DNA of 64,000 nucleotides, taken from NCBI RefSeq assembly GCF_964204865.1, contig NC_135251.1, forward strand, positions 20,026,001-20,090,000. The letters are read 5' to 3'. Position 1 is the stretch's first letter. Every line of letters starts with the position of its first letter. Source of the DNA: Styela clava (Eukaryota). Below are positions 40,601 through 55,600 of the stretch, piece by piece. The position numbers and the translations under genes were made by a program. The notes beneath the pieces were generated by a model, which was given only the letters and a program-made list of their open reading frames with translations, was not told the origin of the DNA and searched no databases.

Positions 40601-43600
40601 ATAAAATACCGCCACTTACTTTCCCCCTTCTTCATCTATTTGGAAACTAGCAGCTAATTCTGCTTCGTTACTTGCAATTTGAATACCACCACGCATAGAT
40701 AAATCATCCATAGATTCACCATTGAAGTTTCCGCATAAACCTATAGATACGTAAGTATCATAATATTGTGTCAAAAGCCGTGGTATTATCACGTAATAAT
40801 TTTACGCAACTTGGTCTAGACTAGCTATTGTACAGTTACGACACAAGAAGAAAATGCCATGAACGTGACATACGTAACTTGTAATAAGAGAACGCCTATA
40901 TATATAAATGTAAAAATATTATCTAAAATTTAAAAAATAAGACATCGGGGGCGCTAACCTTCAACTTGTCCTGCGTAAATTTGAGGTAACTGTACAGATA
41001 GGGTCCCATCGTCGATGTGAATACGTAGAGCAAGAGATATTCCGATGTTAATTCCACGCCCGCTTTTTTCCACACGCAACCCTGATCTCAAACGGATAGG
41101 CAAGCTTACAGCCACGCCGTCAAGCTGCAAAAATGATGCAATGACAATAAATAAGAACCTTGACGAGTTAAAAGGCTTAATAAGATATTGTATACGTACA
41201 CCTGATACTGTGTAAATTTATCATGACTTGGGCGGTAGAATTTCGTATATATAATAGGTAATGTATTTTGATCCAAAACCTCCAAGTCAGTTAACACTGT
41301 AACAATTAGCGACTGCATCAACCCTGGTGTAATTTCCAATTATAAAAGCACCCTTTTCTTACGTAAACGTTTCTTTTCCCATCAATTGTGACTGTTTGAT
41401 TATACACATTAACTTCTAGAGTCCCGATACGGACTGCTGTATTAGCTGCTGGAGTCTCTTCATTCGCAAGCTGTGAAAAATTAGAAAAATTCTGATATAT
41501 TTGTCTGGATGGCAATATGATAGATTAGTTCAAACTTTCGGACAAGACAGTCTGGTGATTCTCATATACAACAGCAAAACAGCGTTTACTTGGCATCAAA
41601 GAATTAAATTTATACCTAATTTTGACTGGCATTATAAAACTCTTTTGAGCATTTTAAAATAATGCGTTTTAGAACGTTGAACATATGGCACTGTATATAT
41701 GTTTTAGCCGATATAAAAAAATGAATAATATCTCACTAAAACACTGAAAGGTGTAAGTCCAGCTGTAGGCGAAGGTATCGTTCCAATGAGTTGATATTTA
41801 CACATTCCATAGAAATTATATCTGGCTTTGTCGAATGTGATGAAATGAGAACCTCCAACTACTGCACAAAACGAGGTTGCTGAAACAACAAATGTTCGGT
41901 TATTATATGATTAAAATATTTTGATAGAGAAAATAAAACATCAGTAAGATGACTATTTGAAAGTCCCACATCACAGACTGAACTATCAGATTTGAATATT
42001 AAAAATCAATACACAAAGATATGGTACCAGTAAATAGTACTCTGGTCAAGTACGCGTTCCTTCTTATGACATACGCCCTAAAAATAGCAATTTATAGCTT
42101 GATTTATCGTTTTAAGCATACCTATACCGTAAAATATTACGTTATGCTCACTTTTTGGGGAAAAGAAAATAATTCCCATTCGCATATTCATTTATTTAAC
42201 GAAGGCACAAACTATTTTTTTTTTATGAAATACTCGCTTAATCTTCCAGGCGCCGCTTTATCCGACGTATGGAACAAAATATTTACATATTACGTGAATT
42301 TTGGCACTCGTTTGATAATATTTGCTAAAATATAATCAATTACAGAAACAAATGGAGACTTTTGGATTTAACACACTCCCAGATTATAAAATATCAATCC
42401 AAATTAAGTCTATAATCTGCACGATATGTGACAGAGTGGGCCCAAATGCAAGTTCAAAAACTTTGTTAGGTTTACATTCCTATGCCAGTAATTTTAGGAA
42501 TTGCCAAAAGTGAGTAATATGCGTGTAATCAAGTGGTGGTTAGTTGGTAAACCAAATTTATGTTGTGGCTGAGTGGTTTCTAGACTTCAAGCTTTAATAA
42601 ACCTCATCTTATTATCAATGTGTCATGCTTCATTTAAAAGATGTGCAACTACGCAATTCAAGTAATCTTGTGGCTTTCTCTCAGAGCGTGTCAAAAGGTA
42701 ATTGTGAAATTTCAATCAAAATAGATTTGGCATTACCTTTTGGAACTTCGACTGTGATGCAAATCTGTTCCGACAGAACTCTAAAAATAAAATCCAATTG
42801 TTGAAAACCAAATAGAAACTCGATTGGAGTCAGACTGTAGAATCTATTGATAAGTGAATTTATTTCGAAAGCCATACAAAGAACGCTATAATATGAAGAG
42901 TTTTTGAAAATGAGTAAAATTATGTAATGGACCAATATAAAGTGAATTACATTTTTCGTTGCTAGTATTCAACTTTTTGTCATTGTTTTAAATTATTTTT
43001 TTGATTGAGTGATGCTGTTTTTACAGCATCAGTTCACTGACGAACACAACAAGTATCTCAAAAACATCGCTATATTCAACGATCTACATTTAGAAAAAGA
43101 AACGAGCCAAAATGTAGGAAGATGCTTTAAGTAAATAGCAATTTATATGGAAATATTATAATTGATAATAGCACAAAGTGAATATTAAATGCAAACCCAT
43201 TTGAACTCCTTCCTGTCACACAGATGAGATTCGAACCGTCTTGTGCTGGTTCGGGTGTCCAAGTAATCTCGGTATGATAGACTTCACCGACTTTCAAAAT
43301 TGGCGATTTTCTTACTCCAATCGGAGCGATTAAAATGAAGTCGTCAATGCTGGGAAGGAATTAAACAGTAAAGAATGTTAAACGCCCAATTAGTGACCTC
43401 TTGGCGACACATTACCACCAAACAAATGTACGATTAGCTGGACTTCTTTATAAACAATTTATAGATAATCGGAGATTGGTATGACCAATTAGTGGTCACA
43501 TTACGAAGGCAATGTTGAAATGATGTGCAGAACACAATGAATTAATTGTATTTAAAATAAATAAACGGTATCTAATGATTCGGATGAGTCAGATAAACCC

Positions 43601-46600
43601 AGTTGTTATTAGACGCTTCAAGTTTCACATTTAATTCGCATGATACATAAATACACATATTTGACAGCCATCGTCGACTCCACTACCCTTTCAATAGTCC
43701 CGTCAGTCCGATCACTCTGGATAGAACTATTGCAGAGATGGCGAACCATTGTCCCACCATACTATGGTCCGCCAATATACAAGGTAATGCAAAAAACATT
43801 CCAACATTTTAGTTATAGAAATTGATAGTAAAACCACTTGGAATGCGGTTTGAAAAACAAAATTTTATAGACTTGAATGAACGACTACAAAAATCTGAAA
43901 AGTCAATCCAAAAAGTACATTTTCTTCAAGGTGGAATAATTTTCCTACAAACTCTTTTGACGCCATGATTTGAGGTAGCAATATAAAGGCTTTTTAGTAA
44001 TACATTTACATTTTCATTTCAGTTATTTTTCATTTATTTCCGATTGATTATTTATCTATGACCCACTGTCTTCCTTTATGACAACAAAAAGGTAACTCTT
44101 GACCTATCCAATAGGACAGGTTTGCCATCCTTGCCATTGTTCAGCGACACAAACCCATATAAACAATACTCGGAGATTCATTAATTGACTCACACAGAAA
44201 ATACGCATGTAATTTCTGACAGTTCATAATTCACGGTTCCGGTACCCTGGTACTCATTTATTATGGGAATAACCCTATATTAAATTTGCCGGTGCAGATA
44301 TTATATACTACTTTGAAGTTACTTATATGACAGGTAATTTAATGTAAAGTGGGTTAGGTTAGAATAGGAGACCACTTAGTTCTGGTGGTTTTGTAAAATG
44401 TATTCTGAGAAGTAGAGATTTCACCAAAAGAATATCTTTATTTAATCAGACAAATAATAATATGCTACAAATTTATCTCCCCTGAATTTATTAGTGAATT
44501 GATGAGTGATCAACTGTAAAGGTATATGTAATTATTATCATATAAGTTCGTATAAAGTTGAGCACACATATAATTATCACGTTTGTTCTATCACGAAATA
44601 AAGTAAATTGAAATACCATTGCGGATAACGTGTGGTGTGGGAAATGCTAAGACTCAATTAAATTTTACCGAAAGCGCAATATGAAAAAGAATCGGGTACA
44701 TTGCTTCTGTAAATAATTACATTAAAAAAGTTGCCCGGCTAGTTATGATGCCGTATGGTTTGATAGAACGTGAGGACAGAACGAGATAAAGTATTCAAGT
44801 ATAAAATCACTGTTTTTTTTTTCAGTAAACTACCAAAAATGTTCAAAATTGCACTAAACGATCCTACACAGCAATAATTTTAGGTTGAAACGGTTTGTAT
44901 AGTAAAAGGAATCACATATCTGTATTTAACCTAACCACAAAGTTGATGTCTATTAGTTTTTACATTATAAATTAGTTGCGTTTATAAAATTCCGTGAACT
45001 ACGTAAATGAAATTATTGATCGATTAATACAGCATACCTGCTAGTCGCGTCACACGGTGTGCTCGTTACTGTGAAAGTGAAATTGCGACCTGGTCTGACC
45101 TTTACTGGAATCTCTGGTGGAATTGATGTTTCAATCATTGGTTTTGCAAAACACAATTTTGGTGGATCTTTGACTGGAAATTTGAAAAGTATTGTCAGAT
45201 ACGGGTTGAAATTTCCACAACGTATAATACAAAAAATTATGACTTTATTCCATTAAATTATTAGAATGCTTTGAAAGTTACGATACAGTATTCAATTAGC
45301 AATGGAAAAAGCTGAATTGAATCTTTCTGCTCTATTTCCAGGGTAGCATAGATCCATAGAACATAACCTGGTGAGGCTTTCCATCGACTGTCAGTCTGTA
45401 ATTATATCCAAACGCTTTATTTATTAGCTGAGCTTATTGCAATGAAAACACAATTGCAGGTACTGTACAGTGCAAATTGGGCAACGATGTGATACACGCT
45501 TTACCCGGAATACGCAATACCCGCCGGGAACGTATTTTAATGCACTATAGAAATCGAAGATAATTTAATTAATAAAGCAGTGAAGGTTAAAAGATATCAC
45601 CTATTCCAGAATAAGCAAAATGACAAATTTGCCAAGCACGCAAGTTTCTGTCGAGCATGTAATATAAATGCTTTAAAGGCTTATTGCAAATGACGTTATT
45701 TACTTAGTTGTGTATGAGTTGAAAATATGAAGTAATACGATATTGGCCAGCAGCAAGTCGTGCTAGCAGGTCGGGCATTAACATACACAGCAGTGGATAA
45801 TTTCCGCGACAATAATTAATGAAAATATGGTAAGAAAATAATCTGAGTAAATGATAATCCGACATATTTTATATAATGTTTGATTGATATGACGCAAATA
45901 TGACAATGGGTCGCCAAATATTGGTATGTCATTAACGAAAATTATGTTCGCGTTTCCTTTTGAATTGTGAAACTGTTGTCAATTAGTTAATTAATGGTCC
46001 GAAAATTCATGGCTTCACCATATTATCTACAAAAATTACGAACAAATGATACTTTTCCTAGACAGTTAACTAATTTATTCTCAATTCCTCTTTATTTTAA
46101 ATTGTATGGTCAAACTCTCCAGTTTATCAACCGATATACGACAAGTATATATAATAGTATATGAGTAATCGTTTTAGAATTTACACAAAAATTTTGCCTA
46201 TTGACTGTTTATTTTAGTATCGTAAAAGCAAGCACAAATACAACATAAACGAGGTTGTAATGACATGTGGCGTTACTGCCTTGTGTTCGTTCTCAAATCA
46301 CAAACTTATCTCAACGTCAAAAACATGTTTGTCTCCAAGTTGTACGAAAAAAGAGGTTAAAACAGATTTCATTACATACTATTTTATCTTTTGTATACTC
46401 GTAGTTTTAAGTACCTGAGGCGTCTAATTGGGATTGAATAAGTTCACCAGCATGATGACATCATTTACCTATTCAAACCTCATCAGTCTATATTACAATA
46501 AGAAGCATATATTTATCAAAAACTTACGGACAACTATAAACTGTACTGGGACTGTACTAAGAGCGTCTGACATCATAAAATTTTTCTTTCCCATTGTAAT

Positions 46601-49600
46601 TCCATCATTCGATCTGTGATGATCTTCTACCATGATAGCAACAGGAATTTTACCCGTTGTATTTGACGCAGGTGTATAACGGATCAAGCAGTTTTCCTGG
46701 TAAAAAATATGGAGACTTCAAATAAATGTAAATCTTTAAAATGGGAATTTAGGATTTCATTGAATAAATATAGTTTAATTTTTGGGCCGTTCAAAAATGC
46801 ATACACCTCGTTTTTCGCATTTTCGAAATAACAAAATAAATAAATACGAAATATGAAATTAAATCAAAATGAATTAATGTGTGTACTATGTTTTGAATGA
46901 ATATCCGCCGGAATAACAAATGAACATCGTTGTGGAAGTTTTGGAATGTGCTTGTATTATTGATCGAGTGTATTAGTCCCATAGTAAGAGAGTCGATATA
47001 GCAAGATGTGATACAAACCTCGTCTAAAGTAAATTCAGAAAACAGAGAGCAAATTGTTCCACATTCTCCTACATGTCTTCCCAGTCGACACGTGACTTTG
47101 TCTCCGTCTGAGTCTCTGACAGCCAAATCGATGACATCTGGAACTCCCGCTCGTAATCTGCCAAAATATCATAGAAATACATTAAGCAAAATTATTTAAA
47201 TTCGTTACGAAACTTAGTAGTAAATGTACTGATTTAAATTATTGATTTAAACAAACTTATGCAGCTTGTTTATTAAATTCACATCACGAAATGATGGCGA
47301 TTTAAAAATGCATCGTATACAAACAATGGTAGCGACTAAACTAGCACACTCAATTGTCTTGCATCAATTTTGTCCCTATATCAGATAATTTAATGCTCGT
47401 ATGATAAGTGACATTAAGGAAAATAATGTTGATATAAAGAAAAAGTAAATATAGGAATGATTGTGATAATACAATCACATGATTTATAAAATTGACTAGC
47501 AACATCTCATTGCTACTATGGCCTCGTCAGTCGTGGATGATCACACAAAAAGTTCTGAATATTACGAAATAAAGTTTGGTGAAATTGTAGGCAAGTGTCT
47601 AGCAATGAGTCACTGAGGCATGTCTGCCCATGGTATCATTTCTATTTCAGGTAAGGTCAGGTTTCCAATGATATTATCTTGCTAAAAGTGAGTTTAAATT
47701 TTAAACCCAAAACTAATATTATAATACCGTTAGTATTATTTTCATCACCTCTTACCTAGAAGGTTAGATTGTACATAATAAATATCAAATAAATCCTACA
47801 TAATAGATTATAAATATCATCACTTGTTTAAAAGGTTTCCTGGCATTTTATAATAACCCATTGTAAAACGCGGATTTGTTTGTTGAGAAGGTTACATTTA
47901 TAACAATCGAATCAAAATATGACTGTTTTATCACGTTAGTCGAATTTGAAGGTTATCAAACCCTGCGACTCTCTTGCACAACAATATCCTGTTGTCAATA
48001 TCCAATCGTTGTCAGGCAATAAATTCAACTTAATGTCTTAAACCGGTATCATGACGTCATTGGTGCAATATTCAAATCGAACTAATCCGACATTGTAGTT
48101 TAATTAATGATATGGTGATACGATGATATGACCAACGAAGCTAAGCTGCAGCATTGTGTACGCCAATCTACAGACGCACCTTTACAAAATAATTTCAAAA
48201 TCTCCGACTTATGTGCAACGGAAGCTTGCTTTTTGAAAAATTTTCAGACAGTATTAATGGTAAGGTTATCCATTTCTTGGAGATCACCTGCGTGAACCAA
48301 ATACTGGAAGTATAAAACCGAATGACGCACGTTATTCGCATTTCCTCAAACCACGTACAATAGCATTTATTGAGTATCTCACTTCCGGTTAGATGCAATT
48401 GATTTGAAGTTCGTCCAACAAATCAATCACCCTGTCTGCTATGACGTCATTGATGTCGCCAGAGTGACATTATGGCAGTTTGATTAACTTTCTATCCATA
48501 AAAGTGCGTCATGACTACATGCAAATCTTTACTTCCGTTTCATCGCCGAGACCTCGAAAAACGCAAATTAGCGAAATAAGTAAAGTAGCCAAAACAATCT
48601 ACATGATTTCGTAAGCCATCGTCAATAAAACACGACGGAAACTCAAGATTATTGGAAGTTTCCTCTAGACGTGACAAAATGCCGACATGCTCATGTCAGC
48701 ATGATGGATGTAATATGTTCAAACATGCATTGAATTTGCTTTCGTTCGCGGAATTCACATCGCAAGCACATTTTTGTGGCGAGTTTCCGACCAAGTATCT
48801 GTGGAAGAAATCGAGAGCCATTTGGGTTAGAAAATTGAATTTATAACTTTTACTTATTTATTGCAAGAAACATTTCCATAATCTCAAAATATTGTAATTT
48901 TACCTTAATTGCTAGTGGCCATACAGCAATACAACAAACTTTCCCTTTTGTTAACATAGGTGGCAAAATATTTACGTGCGTCATTAACTAACGATTTGAC
49001 TTCATTTTGAGAATGTTTATTCACATTTCTATAACGTTGTAGTTTCGCCAGTAAACAAGCAAATTTATGCTAATGTGGATGCGAGTGGAGGACGCTTGTT
49101 GCTTTTATGCTAATCCGTAACAGATAAATTCACAATTGGTAAATGGTAATTTTGTTGAAACTAATGTAATATGCCTCATATCAGTTTTGCATTTATCTGC
49201 TATCTAAAAGTTCTTTGAGACCCCACGTCAAAAACTTAGAATAAAATAGGCAGATATAAAATATATTAAATGGCGACTTAATTTGACAAATCTAGAGAGT
49301 ACTTGAACAAAAAACCAATATTTCGTTTTTTACTCTTTAACTTGTTCTTGTCGTTACTTTTAACGGATTGAACTAATTTGATCACTTTTGATTTCTCATC
49401 ATATTCTAAGTTTTGAATAACTACGCCATTAGATAATAAATTTCGGGAACATTAATTATTGCACTAAATACTTTAATTTACACGCAACTTTTTGAGAAAT
49501 TGAGTCTAAAACTTGTTTTTACGTTATCATGCTAGAGTGACTAGACGTTATCTTACGTTATCATTGGAGCCATTGCTGTGACTGGTGAAGAGTTGGGTCC

Positions 49601-52600
49601 CCCAGTATCAGACCGGATTCCTAAATTTAATGTGGTGGTAAGAGCCCATTCTCCTCCGGCACCGACCACTAAATCTGTTAGCCAACAGCATTCCATATAT
49701 GATATTTCAATTGGACCATCGTCTTCGAAAACCTTTTTAAAAGTATTACTTCCAAACATCCAATCTTCACCAAGATTAAATTCTGTACATTTTTCTCCTG
49801 CAAAAATAATATGCATTAATTAAATTTATATATTGCCAATATGTCTTCTTCAATCAAGATTTTTTTAATTGAATTGTGCAACTTCTTGCAGTCACCCTCA
49901 TCAATTATATCAATCTTATTTTTTATAATATTGAAGACTACAATTCATCAATTCTTTTTGAAAATTTGGTTTGCTTAATTGTGTTGTGCATCACAATTTT
50001 CCCCTTGAAATCGTATGCTGTCTTTTGCAGCGTCGTGATATTGCATTTGGGCAGCAAATTTTGATTTATACGGTTAATTTTTTTAATAATAAATACTATG
50101 AATAATCTGTCTGTGCTTCGAAGATTTGTTGTGCAAACTTGAAACCTCATTAAATTTATTCAATTGACAAAAAATTGGAAAAAAATACTTCATAATTAAT
50201 TGTTTTGAATGAAAAATTATATAATTTCACGCCAACATGCTGGTGGAGATGGACGATCAAACGCCATATTCTTAATAGATTTGGTAAATAATTTGATACC
50301 CAAAGACACACATAGTTCTCAGAAAGGCGATGTGATTTGGAAAAAGATTTGCAAAGTTTTATGATTTGGTGACAACATATCAGTATAAATTACATTTTAA
50401 GCGACGGTAAATTTATACAACGGAAATTTATTTGATGTTTCTAACCCATCATTTGTGCACCCATGCTATTTTATCAAATTATTTGATTAATGGTAAAAGT
50501 AAGATCCAATTTCCATTTTTTGTGAAATTATGTATTATATTAAAATTGTTTGCGGTGTCAAAATTGGCATAATGTTCTACATAACCTATTAAATACAGAT
50601 CCGATAACATTCCAGTCTAACTAAATTCATATCTTATTTAAACGATAATACAGCAATTGAAAAGAATGATGTGAATGTAAGAAGGAATCTTTTCAGTGTG
50701 ACAATATAAATAATCATATGACATACTCTAACATCGATGTGAACAATCATTCATTAAGTATGTGGCCGTGAATTCCTAACAACAATGCAGATTTTTATCA
50801 TCAATGTGAGATTGTTTTTGCCACAAGAATTGTATGTTTTTATTGTTGTCGAAAGCTGTCGGTTTACGGTCAAAATTATAATCGGCTTGAGGAGTCATTA
50901 ATACTCTTATAACGTGACGATAGGTTGAGTACTTTCCGATAATACTGCTAAAAATAAATTATATATGGACTAAAAATTTTAATTCATTTTTCTTCATTAA
51001 AAATTGTTTATTCCATATAATCAGCACAATACAGAATATCCCGGAATTTATTAAATTATCCATCCAATAACAATATTTATTAATTTTTAATAACTGTACT
51101 TTTGGGACATTTTCCATGACGTTGATAATAAAAAAGTTAAGTTTAACTTAAGTTGTCACTATAATTTAATCTCGACAATGCAAGATATTAATATATTGAC
51201 TGGTGTTGATGTAGATATTAACATTTAACTAGTTAATCTTTTGATCGTGTAGGCTATTTGAACTTTGATTGGCACATTTGCATAAAAGCTTTAAATACTG
51301 TTTAGCTATCAAATACGAATTACTTCTGATTCATACGTGGACGAATCTAATTATTTGCTTGAATTCAAATTTACTTAGTTCATAAATACTTAACTTTTTG
51401 TAAGACGAGCAATATGCACCAGGTACATTTTGACCTTCGTAATTCGCAGTTTAAAGTGAGTTGATACTTATATCTTATTACTAAATAGTATATAACGTTA
51501 ATGGGGTTCGTCAGACCGGTATATTAATTCATTTTTTTTCAAATCCAATGAATAATAGAAAATCCGACAATTATTTGATCATTTTCATGAACTTTTAAAT
51601 ATAAATTTTAGACGAACGGATTTTACAACATTGCTCATGTAAAGTAGGATATCTGAATCAATTGGGGTATTAAAAATAATATAAAATGGAGGGACATCTT
51701 CAAACAAAATGGTTGTTATCTGCAAGTTCATTACGCAATTGTCAAATAGAGATTGAGAGAAAAGGTTTATTCTTTGTAAGTGATAAAATCATGGTCAATA
51801 TTTTAATGAAAACAAGATAATCAGGATATGTTTGTTATGTATTTTGTACCAAATTCAAGATCAAATCCTATTGTTACATCACCTAATACAATAACCCGCC
51901 ATGGCCGTCTCTTTACGATGTCATAATCGAGCTTGTCACAAAGAAGGCAATATTCAAGGACAGTTTATTGCTGTTTATTTAGTTATAGGCTCCAATGTTG
52001 CTATAAATATCCAAACAACTGACTCACATAAATAGGTTGCATGAGATGGCTAGAAGTTGAATCCTATTTCAATAAGATGAGTAGTTTCTTATCGACATGA
52101 AGTTTGAACAAATCAAGCCTTTTAAGGAGATATGTTGATATGAAAACACTTACGGGTCGAAGCAACGACTCCTGAACATCCAAACATACAGAACCATCGC
52201 GCGTCTTCACCGACCAATGTTCCAGAAGTAATCGTTCGTTCATCACATCCAATTCTGGACAGTCGCCACCCCAATTTGAAAGTAAATATCACCTAAAACA
52301 AGAAATATATGATCAATCAATACATTTAGCTATATAAATTGAAAACCATTTGTATAATCGTTTATTGTTGTCAAATATAAGCAGGAAATAAAATGGGACA
52401 ATGGTGTTTTTCTAGTTTTTGGTTTAGTTCATATCAGTCGATATAATGAGCGGGTGCCATTCACTGCGTTGTCTTGCGGTAATCGAGATGCTATCATGAG
52501 GCTTGGTTGGGCTAAGTCACCGACGCCTGTCACCGACTGACGAAAAACGATTTTGTTCACTTCAAATATTTTATTTAAAAATCATTGTAATTTATCACGT

Positions 52601-55600
52601 CAATATAATTGTTGGTAAATGAATGAAAGTACCAAACCCTTAAATTATGCTTCTGAAATTTTCGATTGTTCACTGCACCTTAAAAATAATACCACCATAC
52701 TAAGTGAGGAAAAATGCAAAATTATTTTGAGAATGATCCTACATTTTAGGGCAGAAAATTATCACAGTACTCAACATATCAAATTAATACAAAAATGACA
52801 TTTGAATAAACTGTGGCTAAAATGGTCATAAAAATTGCATGGTTAGTTCCGATTTTTATACTAACAGCAAATAGCAAACTTTCTTTTTCAATTAATTATA
52901 ATTTCCCTTAATTATAGCTTTATAATAATATTTACGCTATACATTTGTCTCGGGGCATGATTTATATTCATTGGTAGCTTGTATTGTTTGTTGTTATCGC
53001 TTATCTGTTTAAGTTGTCAAACAATGGTCATATTCTGTCTGACCGAATGACCACTCGATCGAACCTATCTCGAATTTTTTTATGGCAACAGATTTGTGAC
53101 TATAGCATGAAATGTTGCTTCATCTCATAATTTTTTTCAAAAACTTTTTCATTTGTTTGTATATGTTATTGAAACGCTAGTTAAATAACATAGATTAGTC
53201 TTAAGTGTAATAATATACAAGCATAGAACACACACAGAAAAAATTTAGTGAATAAAATAGAAACTCGTCATTCGTAATGCCGACACGAAATACAACGCTG
53301 ATGAAAGCTCATTTTAAACGGAAATTTACGCGAAAAACAAAGTGGTCGATATCGCTCCACGCTTTAATCTGGTGTTAAAGTAATAATTTCCTACTTATGT
53401 TATAAAAAATGCAGCGTTTTTTAAGTTTCGTTATATTTTTAAAAGATAAGTAAACTCCTATAGGAAACAGCGGCATCAATTTCTATGTAAGCGAACTTAA
53501 ATAAGTCCTAACATTCTCGCACTTAGTGTCTCAAACCGTTTTGCATTTTAATCTGGCATTTTGTAGCATTCTCAAATTTCAAGTAATTTTTGCTACATTA
53601 CCTACATTAAAAGATCTGATAACATTTCAATGCTGTTGAAGACCAGTCTAGAAATCCAGTTTATAAAATTCCCTTAGTAGTTTGTGGAAAGAGTTCAGGA
53701 AAACAACGACTCACGGGGTCAAATCTATTATATGTTCCACGCGCCATTTCAATTAATCCCGATAGCAATCTATCAAACACTTTCGCTTGCGACTTTGGAT
53801 TTGCTGATTTCAGATAAGGGTTAAATTTAGGATCAATTCAAATCACGAACTTGTCGTAAATAAATAAAAACATGTCACCGTACCGTTGTATCGTTCTTGG
53901 TACCAATTAATGCATATATACAAGTGTTGGTCATAGATATTGTATGCGATTAAAAGCAGTATTTTCCCCCCGAGTTATACTTTTGTTTATTGTCCCGTGA
54001 TAATGTTCGCTTCAACCGATATAAACAATTTAATTTATATGTAATATGCAATTGTACACCAGAGACTCATGTAATTTATTTCTACATTTTTAAATTTGGC
54101 TTGTCAAAGCGGTTTAGTAAGTTTCGAATTAATTGTAGGCTGGCGAACCGTAACAATTAGACTATCTGTTAATGATTATCCCACCATCATCTTATCCAAA
54201 AATTTGGACTTGAAAAAATGAATATCACAAAGGAATACGCATTTTTTGGGAGTTTATATTCGCTGTCCTGATAAACATTGTCGAAGTATTTGGCGCCATT
54301 TTTAATAAATTATGTTGGCAGATGTTCCTAATAAATGAATTATATCCCCCTTATTTGTTTCCAAGTCTAGCTTTGACTAAGGCTATATTGATAAATAATT
54401 TCCGAACACAAAAATAGGAAAATTCAATTTATTGATATCATCAAATTTAATTTATTGTAAAAGAAGTTAATTGTGAACAATCCCCAGCCCATCTGCCCCA
54501 GAGTGGTGTATTTATGTTACGAGTAGTTCATCTCACGATTATTGCCATAAAAGATAGTCACAATACCGGGTATACGTTAGTAAAGTTTACAATTTTTTAA
54601 AACGTGAAAATTGATCTTTATATGATATAGAAGATAGATATCTATATAGAAATACGATCTTTTTCGAGTCGTGATTTAAGGCCAAGTTTGTATTTTTAAT
54701 TTTCGATTGTCTGCAATTTGAGTTCATAATTCTCGAAATAAAAGTCGTAGTCCCAAAATATTGTGTATTGCTGGCATAGAAATTTTCATTTTTCACCTTT
54801 GTTGTAATATATTGCACTACGTTCAAATCGGACATTAAAAAGTTGTAACAACACTAATAACTGCTTTCCTTAAAGCTTGTGATTCAAAATCAATTAAAAT
54901 GTAATTTTTTCGCATACTCGCACCGGTGAATACCTCGAAAAATGTTTGTACCATATTCTAAATTACCCAGCACCAGAATAGATATGTGTAATTCATTTGC
55001 AAAACTTCAATTTGGACATGTTTGTGCTATTTTCTGTAAGATTTGGCCAGATATGGATATTAATATAGCCATGGAGGACTAACTCACATCATCTGTAAAA
55101 TAGGGGGAAAGGCGTGTTTAATTGAAAAAAATTGGCATTTGAGATTTACTGAATTTGATTTCGTGTTCTAAATAGGTTTAGTAAAGGTCTCTTGGGCATT
55201 GTCAGGGAATATTTTAATTTCATTAAAACTAAATTCGAGAAAATGCTCTAAGTACGGCGAGTAGGAAATTTTAAAATATAGGATACAAGTTTGCATTATG
55301 GGATGGAAAGCCGCATACCTAAAGATGAAATGACAGCAAATTAGATAAAAGCCATGCTCGTTGATTTGAGTGCAAGAATTAAAGCAAGAAAAACACTTTA
55401 AAAAAACTTGCATTAGTCAATATTATAAGTTCGAATTTTCCGTTGCGGCATGTGATCATAAGACTAACATTTAGGGAAAATGATGATACATATTCATGAT
55501 AAAAAAATATTTGCTAGTTTTAAATAAGCACATATGTTTTGTCTTACAACTCAACGAACTAAAAGTCGTAAATTGTAATGACACTATTCATGTAATTGCT

